A stretch of DNA of 64,000 bases from contig OZ076409.1 in NCBI GenBank assembly GCA_964187785.1, forward strand, positions 41,976,001-42,040,000. Reading direction: 5' to 3'. Of the stretch, positions 11,156 through 25,512 are shown piece by piece. The notes under the pieces were generated by a model. The model made no database searches. It saw nothing but the letters and a program-made list of their open reading frames with translations, and was not told the DNA's origin. Numbering within the stretch: the first letter of the stretch is position 1; each line of letters opens with the position of its first letter. The stretch is from Amphiscolops sp. MND2022 (taxonomy: Eukaryota). The position numbers and the translations under genes were made by a program.

Positions 11156-14100
11156 ATGACAGATTCCCAACACGAAAAAGTTCAAAAACTCCACGAAAAT
11201 CGGTTGAAGGCGCAGACTGAATTGAATACCCTCCAACAAAAGATACTCGATTCCATTACAAATGGAGATCGAAGGGTTCGAGTCGAACGTCTTGTCAAAG
11301 AAACCGAAGATGCAATGACGAAAGCTTTTACAAGAAACGAACAGCTGATTACGCTTGCATCTAAAACTTCTGACTCGGAAACAGTTCAAGCCGACTTAGA
11401 AAAGTGGTTGAGAGAAGTCACCGAGCAAAATGACGAAATTTTGAGAAAAGCTCGTGAATACATCGAAAGTTGCACTGAATCCGATGTAAAGTCCCAATCA
11501 TCCGTCGGTACTGTTAACAAAAGCGCATCCAAAAGATCATCGACTTCTGGTAGAACGAAAACATCGAGCCAACGACAAAAGGACCTTCTTCTAGCAACGC
11601 AGCGACGAGAAGAACTAGAACGACAAAATGCGAACGCCATTCGTTTGGCTAAACAGAAGCAAGAGGTCGCTCGAAAACAATTGGAACGCGAAAAAGAGCG
11701 GTTGGAAGAAGAACAAGCTCTCCAATTGGAAGAACTAGAAGAAGAAAACAGAAGAAAACTTGCCGAAGCTAAGCTCACCGAATTGGAATTAACTGACGAC
11801 TTGTCTCAAGTGACCGACGAATTTCATGAAACTCTGTCTCGGATTAGTAAACACTCGAAGCAAACCACGTCCCAGAGAGTGTCTGACTGGGTTAATGAAG
11901 TCAATGAACCTGATAGTGTTTCAAATCAACCGCAGACCAATACAGTTGATTTAAACAATGTACCTGGATCGTCGAACACCGCAGTCATTCCTGAAGCAAA
12001 CGATGTTGTTCGAATGCGACAAGCAACGCTAGAAATGAGATCATTAGCTGTTGGTAATAGTGGGCCGAGACAAAGCCAGATTCCCCAAATCGGCATTTCG
12101 TCTAATTCTACCATTCTGAGGCCAAACAGTACTCCACCTTCCTTTGCTGCGATTAACCCACTGCCCATGTTTCAACTACCAACCGTGAGCACCACATCGA
12201 ACACTGTTTCCTCCGTGACAGTACCAGTAGTTAATCAGCAACCTCTGACTATGCTCTCGCAGGTACAACCGTCTGTCGCTCCGGCTACGACAAGGACTCA
12301 AGTCAACATTCCAACGAGCCATGTCATACCGAACTTGTCCGCTTGGACTTTTCCGGCTCCGAGTAGCTTCCCCACAGTACATACTACAGTTCCGCAGCCT
12401 GTAAGAGGACAAGTTAAGCTACCGAGCACAACTGCAACACCGATCGTGACAACAACGGGGATTTTTACACCAGTTGTACCCAGTCAAAGCGGAGGAACAA
12501 CTTTCTATTGTAATCCGCTTGCGACAACAACCCATCAATGACTTTCCCGATTCCACCGTCTACAACAGCCCCAGTAAACGTTCCTTTTCCGACGTTTCCG
12601 CATACAGTTCAGTCAACCATTCCCCCTGTAACGCCAACTGCAGCTACTATCCAAGATCTTGCACAACTACTGACTGCTGCCAAAAAGGACCATCTTCCTG
12701 AGTGGAAACTAGAGCATTATAATGGAGACCCACTGCAATGGCACGAGTGGATTGGACAATTTAGAAGTGCCATTGATTCCGCACCACTCTCGAACGATGT
12801 GAAACTCACGTACTTGAAAACGCTTGTAACTGGCAAGGCCAAGACAGCGATAGCTGAGTTTGCTTATTGCGGCACAATGTATCAAGAAGCACTTAAAACT
12901 CTCGAGCGTAAATTTGGCCAGCCACACGCTGTTGTAAGCGCTCACTTGGACAAATTGAGTGGCTTCCCACCGTTGAAAATGCACAACAGTGAAAACGTGA
13001 TTGCTTTCTCTGCAACGATTTCGGCGTTGGTAGGAGTTTTTCGCTCCTTGAAGTATAAACACGACTTGTCAAGTGCAGCACTTTTGGGCCAAGCAGTACA
13101 GAAACTCCCCCCAAACATGAAGGAAGCTTGGTCTATGCACACTGTCAAGAAGGATTGGAGCCGTCCAACTCTCTTGGATTTTAACGAATGGTTGAAAGAC
13201 AAAGCCGAATCTCACGAGAGGATGAAAGTTTCAACCACAAAACCCAAGAACGATGAAAGTGCGCAATCCGTAACTCGAACGAAAACTGGTGCAAAAGTTT
13301 TTGCCGCTGCTAGCTCTAGCGCATCTTCAAACGGAACGGGAACCAAGCCTAGCCGAGTGCAACCAAACTGTATCGTGTGCAAAGACAACCATCCACTGTG
13401 GCGCTGTCGCGTGTTTCTTGACAAAACGCCTACCGAAAGAGCAAAGATTGTTGCCGAAAACAAACTTTGTTTCTCCTGTCTGAAAGGAAACCATTCTTTC
13501 CGACAATGTCCGCAACCACGCAAGTGCAACAAAGATGGATGCAACAGCTCTCACAACACCCTGCTACATGGCGCAGAGAGAGTTTTCCAACCAAGAACGA
13601 CACCGAAACCGTCCACTAACCAAGCAACTGGATCGCGTAGCCCCAAAATAACTGTGAACAAAGCTGGAGAAAGCTCCGGAGTTTGTTCCGTGAGCGATGT
13701 GAAAGGACTTCTTCAAATAACTGAAGTTGAAGTTCATACATCAACCACCTCCGTCAAAGTTTTGGCCCTGTGCGACTCCGCCTGCAGTCACTCTTGGATC
13801 TCCGAAGATCTCGCAACCAAGTTGAACGTAAACGGCTTACCGACCAAACTAACCGTTCATGGCATCAATTCGCAACAAGTTGTTGACACTCAAATAGTTG
13901 AGCTTAAGTTGACGCCTGTTCATTCGGGTGGCTCTTGCTCTACTTTTGATGTCAAACCTTACGTCAGAAAAAACTTGCATGTTGGAAACGATGTCATTGA
14001 TGTTGACCAATTGAAACAACAGTACCCTCACTTGGAGCCCGTTGCTCTGAGCAAGTACAGCTACGGAGACGTCGAAATGATACTGGGTCAAGACGTGTTC

Positions 14101-17100
14101 CATTCAATCCGCCCATTGGAGTATTTTGAATCCGACCGAAAAAATACTCCAATCGCCGTCCGATTACCGTTGGGTTGGGTTTTGAGTGGGCCATTGCCTT
14201 CGACTTCGGGACTTGTCTCGACATGCTTCAAAGCCGTCACGCAAAGTGAGAGCGACTCCAAGTTGGCCGATCAACTTCGGAGTTGGTACGAAATGGAGTC
14301 TTTTGCTGCAATGAAACAAGTAGACCGGCGCTCTGCGGCCGATGCTAGAGCGTCGAAGATTCTACAAGAAACAACATATCATGACGGATGCCGATATCAG
14401 GTCGGTATGTTGTGGGCTGATGACGAGAGTAGTCTCCCGAACAACTACTTTTCAGCCTTGGTGCAATTGAAATCTCTTGAACGTCGACTCGAAAAGTCTC
14501 CTGAACTAAAAGCGAGCTACGCTCAGACCATTAAGGACGACTTCGACAAGGGATACATCGTTCAAGTCGACAAGTCAGACTGTTTTAGAATTGACAACCC
14601 GCGTGGGTGGTACCTACCGCACCACCCAGTGTTTCACCCTCACAAGCCAGGAAAAGTACGCCGTGTACTCAATGGTGCAGCGAAATTTCATGGTGTTTCA
14701 CTGAACAGCAAACTTTTAACTGGCCCTGACTTGTTGCAAACGTTGATCCATGTGCTTATGCGATTCCGACAACATCCCTACGCCGTATCCGCTGATATCG
14801 AGGGAATGTTCTTACAAGTTGGTGTGATTCCTGAAGACCGACCGTCTCTTCGTTTTCTGTGGCGGGAGGACCCAGCAACAGACGTCGCTGTGTACCAATA
14901 CGTACGTCACATTTTCGGTTCGAAGGATTCACCAACGTGCGCCAACTACGCTTTGCAACAGACTGCTCGTGACAACCGAAACCAATTTCTTGAAGCTGCC
15001 AACTGTGTGGAAAACCATTTTTACATGGACGATTATCTCGAGTCAAGCCCAACCGTCAACGAAGCAACCAAGAAAGCTCAAGATCTTGTTGAAATGTTAG
15101 CGAAAGGTGGTTTCAAACTAACCAAGTTTGTTAGCAACGTACCAAGTTTGGTCAACAGCGTTGATCCGAAAACTCAACTGCCTACTGACTCGACCGAGAA
15201 AGTCTTAGCAACAGACGAAGAGACTTCTCACGTATTGGGCTTGAAATGGAACCACAGTCGTGACACTTTGGTTGTCAGCAGAGGCACCACGCCTGACCTG
15301 AACCGACCAATTACACAGCGTATTGTTCTTAGCTTAGTGTCCGCAGTGTATGATCCCATTAGTCTCGTCGCGCCATACACTGTAACTGCCCGCCTTTTGT
15401 TGAAAGACATATGGCGCCTGAGCGGGCAACAATGGGACAACAATTTGCCTGAGGACGTTAGCGAAAAGTTTCTTGAATGGGCCGCAGAACTTTCCAAGTT
15501 GAGTGAGATAACAATTCCGAGATCCTACTTCCGCGGAACTATTGAAAACGTCGAGTTACACGTATTCGGAGACAGCTCCCAGGACGTCTTTTCCGCTGTT
15601 GCTTTCCTCCGTGCGGGAGTGGACAGCAATGAAGGGACTGAAACTCAGTTAGCCTATGTCTTTGGGAAAGCTCGTGTCGCTCCGATGAAAGTGCTAACAA
15701 TCCCGAAATTGGAACTCCAAGCTGCCCTCTTAGCAGCCCGACTTAAAGACGAAATCCAACAAGCGCTAACAGTACCGGTTGAAAGAACATTCATGTGGAC
15801 CGATAGTACAACCGTCCTTCAATGGCTCCATTCCATCGACAAGAAACCCGTATTCGTCGCCAACAGAGTTGCCGAAATTCTTGAGTTGACGACGGTTGAT
15901 GAATGGAACCACGTGCCAACAGCCGACAACCCGGCAGACGCGGGCACTCGCGGCCTGCCGGCAAACTCCCTTTTGAACAGTCCTTGGCTCAAAGGCCCCA
16001 AATTCTTGATGACTTCTGATTGGCCTTTCCAGCCGTCAGGAGAAATCTTGAAAACTAATTTGAAGAACATCGATTCCAGTGAAGTCAACACCAAGCCAGT
16101 CTATCAAGAAGCAACAGCGAATACCGCAAGTGTATCCTCCAATGTCCTAACTCTCGAGTGGCAAAAGTACAGCTCGTACGAGAAACTTTTGCGCATTGTA
16201 GCCTACATTTTGCGTGTTTTACCGAAATTCTCTTGTAATAGAACCAAAACAGGAGCAATCACTGATCCTGTCGAGCTTGAAAGTGCTGAGCAGAAATTGT
16301 TCTTCTTGGTACAATCAGAATCGTTCCCGAACGAAACAAAAACTTTGCTCAGGTCTTGTCCGTTGAGCAAACCTTCAATCATAAAAGATTTCTCCCCCTT
16401 CATTGGTTCAAACGGCCTTCTCCGTGCTCAAGGTCGAACAAAAAATCTGGAAGTTGCCAACTTCGATGTCAAGCACCCTATCTTGCTTGACAGCTGACAC
16501 CCTGCAGTTCGACTCTTTCTAGAACATCTCCATGAGAAACATTGTCATCAAGGCGTCGAATACTTGAGAGCCTTGATACAGCAGAAGTTTGCCATTGTAA
16601 AATTGAGAAAAACATTGAGGACTATCCAAACCAGATGCGTAACATGTCGCAAACGCAAAGCAGAGACGCTGACCCCGATAATGGCCGATCTGCCAAAAGA
16701 ACGCCTGGCGTTTGCAGCGCGACCTTTTACAAACACTGGCTTAGACTACTTTGGCCCTTTCTATGTATCTGTTAAACGCTCCACGGAGAAGCGGTGGGGA
16801 TTTCTCTTCACATGCCTGACAACACGCGCTGTCCATTTCGAAGTTGTGCCATCAATGGATACCAGCAGCTGTGTCATGGGAATTGAGAGATTTGTTGCCC
16901 GTCGGGGCATCCCCTCCGTCATCTGGTCAGACAATGGGACGAACTTTGTTGCAACAGAGAAAGAATTACTCCAGAACGTTCTCAAGTGGAACCATCAATC
17001 AATTGCCGAATCCATGGTAAAGAAAGGTGTCAACTGGAAGTTTAATCCTCCTAGTGCTCCACACCATGGCGGTGTCTGGGAAAGACTAGTGAGAAGTTTC

Positions 17101-17633
17101 AAGCATACTTTCTATGCGATACTCGGCAATAGACGCTTGACCGACGAAATACTAACAACTGTGTTTTGCCTTGTGGAGCAGAGCCTAACGCTCGTCCGCT
17201 GGTTCCAGCAAGCGCAGATGCAACTGACTTGGATGCGTTAACACCCAACCACTTCTTGCTTGGAACAGCTGGCTCGTCTCTACCGTCCCATTCTAACTGT
17301 GATTTCGACCACCGCAAGCGATATGCACGCGCCCAAGCCTATTCTGACGCTATCTGGAACAGATGGCTGAGAGAATACGTGCCAACTTTGAATCGTCGCT
17401 CAAAGTGGTCCTCACAGTCCGCCAGGCAACTGAAAACCGGAGATCTAGTTTGGATCGTGGAACCCACAAGCCCGAGAGGCTATTACCCTCTCGCGCGCGT
17501 CGTCAAACTCAACTTTGGCAGCGATGCCGTCGCCCGCTCTGCCGAAGTTAAGACCACGTCCGGAAACCTCGTCCGTCCAGTCGTGAAACTAGCCCCAGTC
17601 CTCCCTTCCCCTGATTTACCTGATTTATCGTAA
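11156..17633 (+). pseudogene. gag-pol: BEL/Pao Gag-Pol polyprotein with two 1-nt frameshifts and one nonsense codon
   Basis: Triple Cys/His Gag motif (CIVC..H..C, CFSC..H..C, C..C..HNTLLH), ALCDSAC protease, RT (YLPHHPV, ADIEGMFLQV, FYMDD), RNase H (LHVFGDSS, TIPKLEL, WTDS), integrase (GLDYFGP, SDNGTNF, WERLVR); breaks at ~12538, TGA 16495-16497 and ~17185. Confidence 0.95.
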
Positions 17634-17801
17634 CCCGTAACATTTGTACTTAACCTATTAACCACATGTATCTTTGAAATATCTATAGAACGTATGTATC
17701 ATGTATCTGTCTAACAAACCGTTCATGAAAAACATGAAACAAAAAAAAGTTATCTTTTGATTTTTTTTGTTCCGACCGATTCTCTTCTCGGGCCCGGAGG
17801 A

Positions 17802-18229
17802 TGTTGCTGTGCAATACAAATACAAATACGACGGAGTTAAAACAAATAATAGGACAATTTAGAGTAGCGGTAGCGTTGTAGCTTTCCAATCATAAGATCG
17901 GAGGTTCGATTCCCGGGATCGGCCAATATTTGGGTAATATCTAAATATCCAAAAAATTTTGGATTTTTGCAAGTATATCTATTTCAAATAACCTTGAGAA
18001 ATTGCGTAAAAAGGTCTCGCTAGCTTTTGTTTGTTAGTGTTTATTGTTGTTTGATAATATTTAAATAATTATTGTTACTTTGTCTGCGAAATGCAATAAT
18101 TCTACTGTTATTTATATTCATTTGAGCCACGTTTTGACACGGATCTGACTGACATCCTATTCAAAAAATAAAGTATTGATTGCTTTGTGTTTTAACCGAA
18201 CTCTAGAACCCGAATTCTAAAGTTTTACA
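17802..18229 (+). repeat. BEL/Pao 3' LTR
   Basis: Copy of 8961-9388, preceded by GGGCCCGGAGGA and followed by the TSD AATAG. Confidence 0.97.
17852..17925 (+). ncRNA. tRNA-like sequence inside the BEL 3' LTR
   Basis: Same sequence as 9011-9084. Confidence 0.65.
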
Positions 18230-18496
18230 AATAGTATACCAATAAATTCAAATAAGAAAATTACGAATTCGTTTGGCTTGTCAACATTGAAAATTCGTAT
18301 TTCACAGTGGCGAAAGTTATCCCAAGAAAGACCATTAAACAATCAAAAACCCTGACTTTGAAAAAAAATCCGAAATTTATTTTCGACAAAAGTCGCACAG
18401 TGACGAAAAACACGAAAGGGTACCTTTTAGGCTCGCAAAACGCTTTTTCCAATAAAAGACCTTCTTCAAGTTGCCCCGATTGCCTATGCGAAAATA

Positions 18497-19505
18497 AACA
18501 AGCCGGGAACGGGCAAAGTCGGCGCTATATCTAAAGCTCAAAGAGCGCAAAGTTTTTAAAAATGTAAAAAGAGTGTTGAAGGTCGGTACAAACCCACTTC
18601 AATCCCTCAGCAGTTTATGTTATATGGCGACTGCAGAGAGTCAATCAGTAAGTGAAATTTTTGGTCTCGAGGAGTTTTTAATTTTCCAGTTTTATTGTTC
18701 CGAGCCAAGACTAAGTAAATTTTAGACTTCAAACACCCTTTCCACCAAGGCTAGAGGAACGAGAGATTATCAAAAAGTCTATTATTGAGAGCTTGATTTG
18801 ACAACATGGGTTCTGAAATTGAGAGAAACGCACCGGGTATATATAGTCAGAAATTCAAACTTGATGTTTATCAGAAAGGTGATGGACATGCGAAGAGAAT
18901 GAAATAACATTTGTTTTCATATGTTCTTGAATTACTGAAAGACACTTTAACTGAAAAAGTCAATCAAAGATTCAAATAATGCTATGTATGAAGTCATCTG
19001 AGAGTTTCACGACCCAAGGGGTTATGTTTGTTAGTACTTTGGACATTCAATCTTGAATGTTAAACCAGTAAATAAACCAACTAAAGTAGCATCAAACTTT
19101 ACTTTCTATTAATATAGATTTTCCGGAGTACATCGGGTACGTTTGGTTCGTCTAAATTTAGCTATTAGTAATATAAGTTAGAGTCTTCAGCTCTTGAATT
19201 TTGTTAGGAGTCTTCGTGAGATTTCCTCAACAAGGAGGGACCTTTCGGGCTTTTTGAAACTCCAGTTTGTTGCAAAATATCGAAACAAATGAAGGGGGAC
19301 CCTTTGAAGCAACCCAAAATTTTTCAATTAATTTTTGTCCATCTCGGGATTCGAACGCGCATTCTCTTGCTTCACAGTCCGACGCTCTATACACTGAAAG
19401 GCAAAGAAATATTTATAGAAAGTGTCACGTCACTTCGAATAATCTTAAAGCCACTACTATAGTCTGCGTTTCCTAACTTGCCTAACGAAAGCGCCGACTA
19501 AAAAA
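18497..19505 (-). mobile_element. Helentron/DINE-1-like non-autonomous element interrupted by a solo LTR
   Basis: AACAAGCCGGGAACGGGCAAAGTCGGCGC at the left and GCGCCGACTAAAAA at the right; the internal consensus resumes across 18574-19232. Confidence 0.75.
18574..19232. mobile_element. Solo LTR (659 bp) of another family
   Basis: TGTTGA...TCAACA inverted termini; flanks AAGAG / AGGAG (5-bp TSD, one mismatch); splits the host repeat cleanly. Confidence 0.75.
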
Positions 19506-19673
19506 CTGAAAACTGCTCTTACGTTTAATTGCAAATTTGAATCTTGAATGAATTTCTATTGCTAGTACCTGACATCATAAAAGCATATGATATTAGGAAA
19601 TCAAGTAACTTATTTATTTCGAGTCCTGGAATGAAGAGTAATCAATGTCCTGAACAGCTCTGAAATGTTTCAG

Positions 19674-19878
19674 GGTTCGGACGAGAAGTTTGAGAACTGT
19701 GCACAACGAATAGACTGCGAGGAAGAGGTGGGTTTAGAGAGGTGTGAACGCAGCACATTCTGTATCCCCCCTGAGTGGGAGTGCAACGGGTTTGGTGAGT
19801 GTCTAATGGGGGAGGAGGAGGACAAGTTTAAGTGCGCTGAACACCAATGTCTGCCTGGACAAGTCAGATGCTCCAATG
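19674..19878 (+). CDS. ENaC-like gene exon A: LDLa repeats
   Basis: tttcag|GGT ... AATG|gtaagt; GSDEKFENC ... CERSTFCIPPEWECNGFGEC ... CLPGQVRCSNG. Confidence 0.88.
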
Positions 19879-22576
19879 GTAAGTATCATTACGTCATTAC
19901 ATGCACAAATTTAAATGCCAAGGAACCGGGTTCAGAAAGTACCCAAGGATCCATACGTTCAAGACGTCAATAGGTCAGTTTTTTAAATGACTCAATGCGC
20001 AGAATTTTGAGCTGTCCTGAATTTAATCGATTCGGGAAAAAGTCTTGTGATGCTGGAAAGGTCAAAGAGATCTGTTACTCCGTTTAGGGGGTAACTCTGT
20101 TAAAAACCCGTTTAGCTGCTATTAGCTACATTTAAGTAGAGAAATTTTTTGTAGATTTTTTTTAAAATTTTAATTGTTTAAATTGTTTTTAAAAGTTCAA
20201 TTTCAGTAACGGGTTTTCGATTTGGTTTTATGGTTTCTGGTAGGAAAAGAAGCAGAAAAGTTTTAGTGTTTTGATGTTTCTGGTGAGATAAAATGCAAAA
20301 AAATCAGCCCAAAGGGTCCCCTTCGAGTTTTCATCGGTACTGTGACACTAAGAATTTATTCAAAAGAAAATCCTTGACGCTTTGAAGACCTTTCGCGTTT
20401 TTCGGCAATGTGAGATTTTTTCGAAACTTTCACTTTTCCAAAAGAGTCCCTCTTGGTTTTCGTTGAACCCTTGATTTTCGTTGAACCTTTAGTTTAAGAA
20501 ACTAAAGGGTCCCTCCTATGGAGTTTCGGAACTGTGCAAATTTTTTCAAGAAAATTTTGATTTTTGACCGAATTGACCCCTCTTCGATGTTGCCATTTAG
20601 GGCGAAAGGTTTCTTAAAGAACGTAAAGGCTTCCATTTAAGTTTTATCTTCACTGTGCGACCTTTTTGCAATGAAAATTTAAATATTGTTTCCCCAATTT
20701 TGTTTGTTTTTGATTTTTTAGTAAAAGAAAAACAACAAACAGCTAAACTCAAATATATTTCCGTGGAATGAATATTTTGAGTAGACCATGGTTGGAAAAT
20801 AAGAGACACAATTGAAGCAAAACTGATCTGAATTGTCTTAAATGGTTTATTTATTACGCCTTCGGAACCACCAACCAAGCAATTGTTTGTAATCATTTAT
20901 TACCCAGTGTAAACCCTCTTGGAACTCTTGATGAGAAGATTCTTACCAAGAAATCCAAGAAATTGCAAGATCGTGCCAAGAAAATCAAGAAATCTCAAGG
21001 TTCTAATCAAGAGTTTCAAGAAAAACCAAGAAAAGGCAAGAAAATGCAAGTAGCCTCAGGATTCCATTTTAGAGTGTCAGTCACCATAAAACATTCAGAA
21101 GTCTCAAAAATGAGCTAAATCAGTTGCTGTGCAAAAACTTGAGGGCGTTCAACACCTCTCTACACACGGCAGCGATCTGGATTTCGTTCATCATGATTTC
21201 TGTAACCACGACGGTGAGGGAGCCTCTGAGAACATGTGTATGGCAAATTGAGATCTGAATTGAGCAGATTATGAGCTGAAAGGATCGAAAATAAGATCCA
21301 ATTAATATGGAATTACAATCTGAAACTTACAACTTTTGAAAAGTTGCGGAATTGGTAATTGCAGACGATTTCCCATTGAAATTGGCCGGAAAATTGCTGA
21401 TAAAAGGCTAATGGCCGAAAAGTACGGTAAACAGGCCCCAGTTCAACAATTTGCGAGACCGCACTAAATTTTGAATTGGTCAAAATTTTCACCTCCCAGA
21501 GTTCATGATAAGAATCTTAAAAAGATTCTTGTCAAGAACTTCAAGATTTCGTGATTTATGATTGTGTATTACTTCTTTAACGTATGTTGGAATTAACGTA
21601 AACCATTTTATCTTGCTAACACAAAATTGGCTCGGCAAAATCCTGAAAAAAACCTATTGAATGCCTAATTTTACTCCTCTCCTCTCTTCCTCCATGGGAT
21701 GGCATAGAAGGTACAACAATGCAAAGATCAAAAAAGCTGTATTCACTGCTCAGTTACGGTAGCTATTTATATGGTCTCATTTTGAAATTGCAATTGGATT
21801 TTTTTTGATTTTCCATAAAATTTATACCCTGCGTGGATTTGTGGAGTAAAGATGTGTTTAAAACCAAAGCAACAAATCGTGTGAAGTGACAACATTCACT
21901 ATAGGTGGTGGCATTACCCCCGTGCAAGAGATTAAGGCACCTCGGCAAATATGACACGGAAGATCAATGGGATAAAGGAATATGACAAATAGGGAAAAGC
22001 CCCACTAAACGATTCACCAGGGATAATTTCCCAGGTATCTCTTTGTACCTACGTCTATCCATTTTGGTATTAATCCAAAAATTCAATGCGAGAGATGGTA
22101 TACGCTAAAAACAGGGATACAAATATGATTGTTTACCGTGCACGATTTTACAACTAGCTTACGATGACAGCAATTTGAATATCTTGAGGGAATTTTCCGA
22201 AAATAGCCGTCATTTAATGCAATTCAAAATGAACATAAGTTGTTTCACAAGACGAGCATTTGAGATGATTCGAATAAAATTATATGGAGGGCTGACATAC
22301 TGGAGGATGGAGTTATTCTATGAGTTTCTTTTCGATGAAAATTTCTTCCCGAGGCCTGAATTTTGATTGTGTTGGTGAAGGTATGCGGAAAACTCGTCGA
22401 AAACAACTCGTCGAAATTAAAGGGCGGAAAACTGATCGAAAATTAACTGATCCAATAATAATTGAGTGCAAACTCGTCGAATATTTACATATTACCCACA
22501 GGGATTATTCAGTGCTAATCATGGATTAATTTTCCTTAAAAGTTTTACGCATAATATGGCTTTTATAATTGTTTGA

Positions 22577-22776
22577 NNNNNNNNNNNNNNNNNNNNNNNN
22601 NNNNNNNNNNNNNNNNNNNNNNNNNNNNNNNNNNNNNNNNNNNNNNNNNNNNNNNNNNNNNNNNNNNNNNNNNNNNNNNNNNNNNNNNNNNNNNNNNNNN
22701 NNNNNNNNNNNNNNNNNNNNNNNNNNNNNNNNNNNNNNNNNNNNNNNNNNNNNNNNNNNNNNNNNNNNNNNNNNNN
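22577..22776. other. Assembly gap (200 N)
   Basis: Run of N. Confidence 1.
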
Positions 22777-25512
22777 CATATTTCCTTTCGTTTAAAGAAT
22801 GGATGGGAATGCTAACCTATGTCACTGCCGAATACAATCAATTTTCATGTGTAAAGGCATTATGTGTGAAGGTTTCACCATATTCCTCCTTAACCATAAA
22901 GCGCCATAGGTTGATCACTTTTGTATTCATAAACCCGCTTGTAGTCCTAAAAGACTTTGTTCACGTCGAATGTTCTTTGAAACCGGTCCGGTATCTCTGA
23001 GAGGTGTGAAAGAAACAAGATTCAAAGTGAATTCTTAAGGATACAAAAGTTGTTTTTGAGATTTGGGGACTATAATAACTTTGATCTTGGGATCCAGCCA
23101 TACAATGTAGATTTATGGCTTGTGACGGCCAATGACTATAAACAAACAAGGTAGGATTAGCAAATCTTGTGACTAGAAACGTTTGATGAAAATCTTCGAA
23201 AACCTAAATTCTGTTTCTTTCAGATCTATCTTATAGTTGTCTTCAACCTTAAATAAACTCGGCGCTCGAATGAAAGCCATGTTTTCTTGTCCAAAGTTTG
23301 GGCGTAAACTTCATGATATTGTTTCATTTCATTCCGTAAATTGTTTCCATGCAAAATGAGATAGCTTCCAAATGTCACAGATCCTTGGGGTTTTTAGCAC
23401 TGCCTAAATAGGTCATTTTTTGCACAGTTGTGATAACCTGCAAAAAACGGAATGCTACCATTTTTGTTCTCTGATCAGAAAAAAACTGCCAGTGTTCATG
23501 ATTATTTTCATGGGATTTTAAAGCTAACTTCATGCGTTTCATAAGACTTCTACTAGTGAACCTTGATTTTAAACTTTTTGTACAACCTGGATCTGAATCA
23601 TCGAGGCTTTATTATGCAAGTTATTGCGTCAATTCATACCACCCATGCATCCCAGACAAAATTGTAAAAGGCAAAAAATACTCGGTCTGTTTTTTCCCGA
23701 ATTTTCCAACACTTTCTGAATATACTGACGAAATACACCAAGTCTCTTTTCTGAGTACTTTGTGGACAGATTTTAAAATGAAACAAGAAAAATGAAAAAC
23801 GTCGCCTCTACGTTTTTTCTTTCCAGCACTGGACTTTTTTAATGGTCTTTGACAGAAATTTGTCCTGTTATCTTTTATTTCTGCTAGAAACAAGGAGGCT
23901 TATTTTCCGGATTATTTTCTACCACTTCTTGCCAATATTTTACTAGAGGTGGTGGAAAGCTGGAATGTACTTTTCACTTGGACTGGAGGTTATCGCGGAC
24001 TTTTATGACTGGTGACAGGGCCAGGGACCTTCCCATTTTTTTTGTGGCATCAGAACGTTTGTTTTGCGGCATAGCAGTTTTTTGGCATTGCACGCTTTAT
24101 CGAAAAAAATTTCAACTAATTTTAGTTTTTTGATGTTTTCAGTTTAAATGTTTCTGGAATCTTGATGCTGATTTTTTACTACTGCACGATTGATGAGAGT
24201 CTTCCCAAAATTTTTCTCAAGCATATGGAATAATGCTCATTTTTCGGGTTTAGAAAAGTCTTCTTTACCCTAAGAGGCTCTAGCTTGGAAGTATTTTTTA
24301 CTGTTCCCACCATTGGGTACTTTCAGCACTGTTCGACTATATTTCGAATAGAAACTTTTCAAAAAAGTAAAAATGCAAGTTTCTATTTTATATTCAATCT
24401 TTTTAGTCGGTGCTTTTTCAGAAAAAGAGCACGACTCTTACAGCGGCAAGTTTTCTCCTCAGTAACTTTTCAACTGAAACTCAACAAATTTTTTAATGCT
24501 TGTAAATGTACAAGAAGGTTCCCCTAAGGTTTTTGGTACTATGCGACTTTTCTTCAGAATTTTATTTCAGAAGCCCATCTTCAATTTTTCGCAGAAACAA
24601 AGCGTTTAGCGAGCACTGAGGGCCCCGTAGTTTTTTGTCACTATGCGACTTATCGAGGACATTTTTTTGAAAAAAATTTAAAAGCATATTTTTGAGAAAA
24701 AATAGTCTCAATGAATTTTTGGTTTTTTGACGTTTTCTCAAAGGAAACCGTTTTCCAGGATTTGAGGTTGACATCTTTGTTTTTTTTGGATCCCGTGGAA
24801 CTCATAAAGGTTTTCCTGATAAGTGGAAAAGCCTACAGTTTTTTCAGCATTTGCAACTTCTCAAAAAAGATTTTGTTGTCAAAGGGTACTCCCTTCTTTT
24901 ATTCAAAAATGTCTGGCTTGGAAAAAGCGTTCTGCGAGCTTAAATAGTTCCTTCTGTGTGTTTGACACTATGACAATTCAATTAAAAGAAAAAAAATTTA
25001 CAAATGTTTTTTTTCCAACATTCAAGACAAAATTTTTGCGAGTCTCAAGTGACCAAAATTGTAACAATATTTTTGTTTTGCAATCGAATTAAGGACGAAG
25101 TTATCTCACAAGCTACCTTATACTTCAAAACGCAATATTTCAAAACTACTGCTGGGAAGAAAGCATTCATTTATCATTTCCGTAGCCCTGACTCCGTTCT
25201 TCACTCTTCAGTCCTAACACATGTTCCTGAACAAAGCTTGAAAGGAACAGCTGCAACTAGATTTGACACGGTCAAAACAAAATTTTTTCAGAATAAGTCT
25301 TTTGGAACTTGATCAATTTGCGAAGTATATTCAACTCTGTCCATGTCGAAGTTTTTTTGCGAGGGACCATACGATACTAAAATATACTGCCAACAGTCAC
25401 AAAGTGCGCCAGAACAGCCGTCTTGCAAAAATCAAATCATATAGTGACCGATCATTTAGACGACTTAGGATTGTAATGAAAACAACGAAACTTTGTTGAG
25501 GCTGTTTTGCAC

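Larger units (their letters stand above)
8961..18229 (+). mobile_element. Full-length BEL/Pao LTR retrotransposon (9269 bp)
   Basis: Paired 428-bp TG...CA LTRs, 5-bp TSD AATAG (8956-8960 and 18230-18234), PBS, BEL-type Gag-Pol. Confidence 0.97.

Noticed and set aside
18600..18655. Possible upstream exon (ctcag ... gtaagt) of the channel gene
   Set aside because: It lies inside the solo LTR and does not encode the missing LDLa first half
22790..23800. Decayed coding sequence on the minus strand with a possible Walker-A remnant (ALYG*GG)
   Set aside because: Many stops and frameshifts; no family could be recognised
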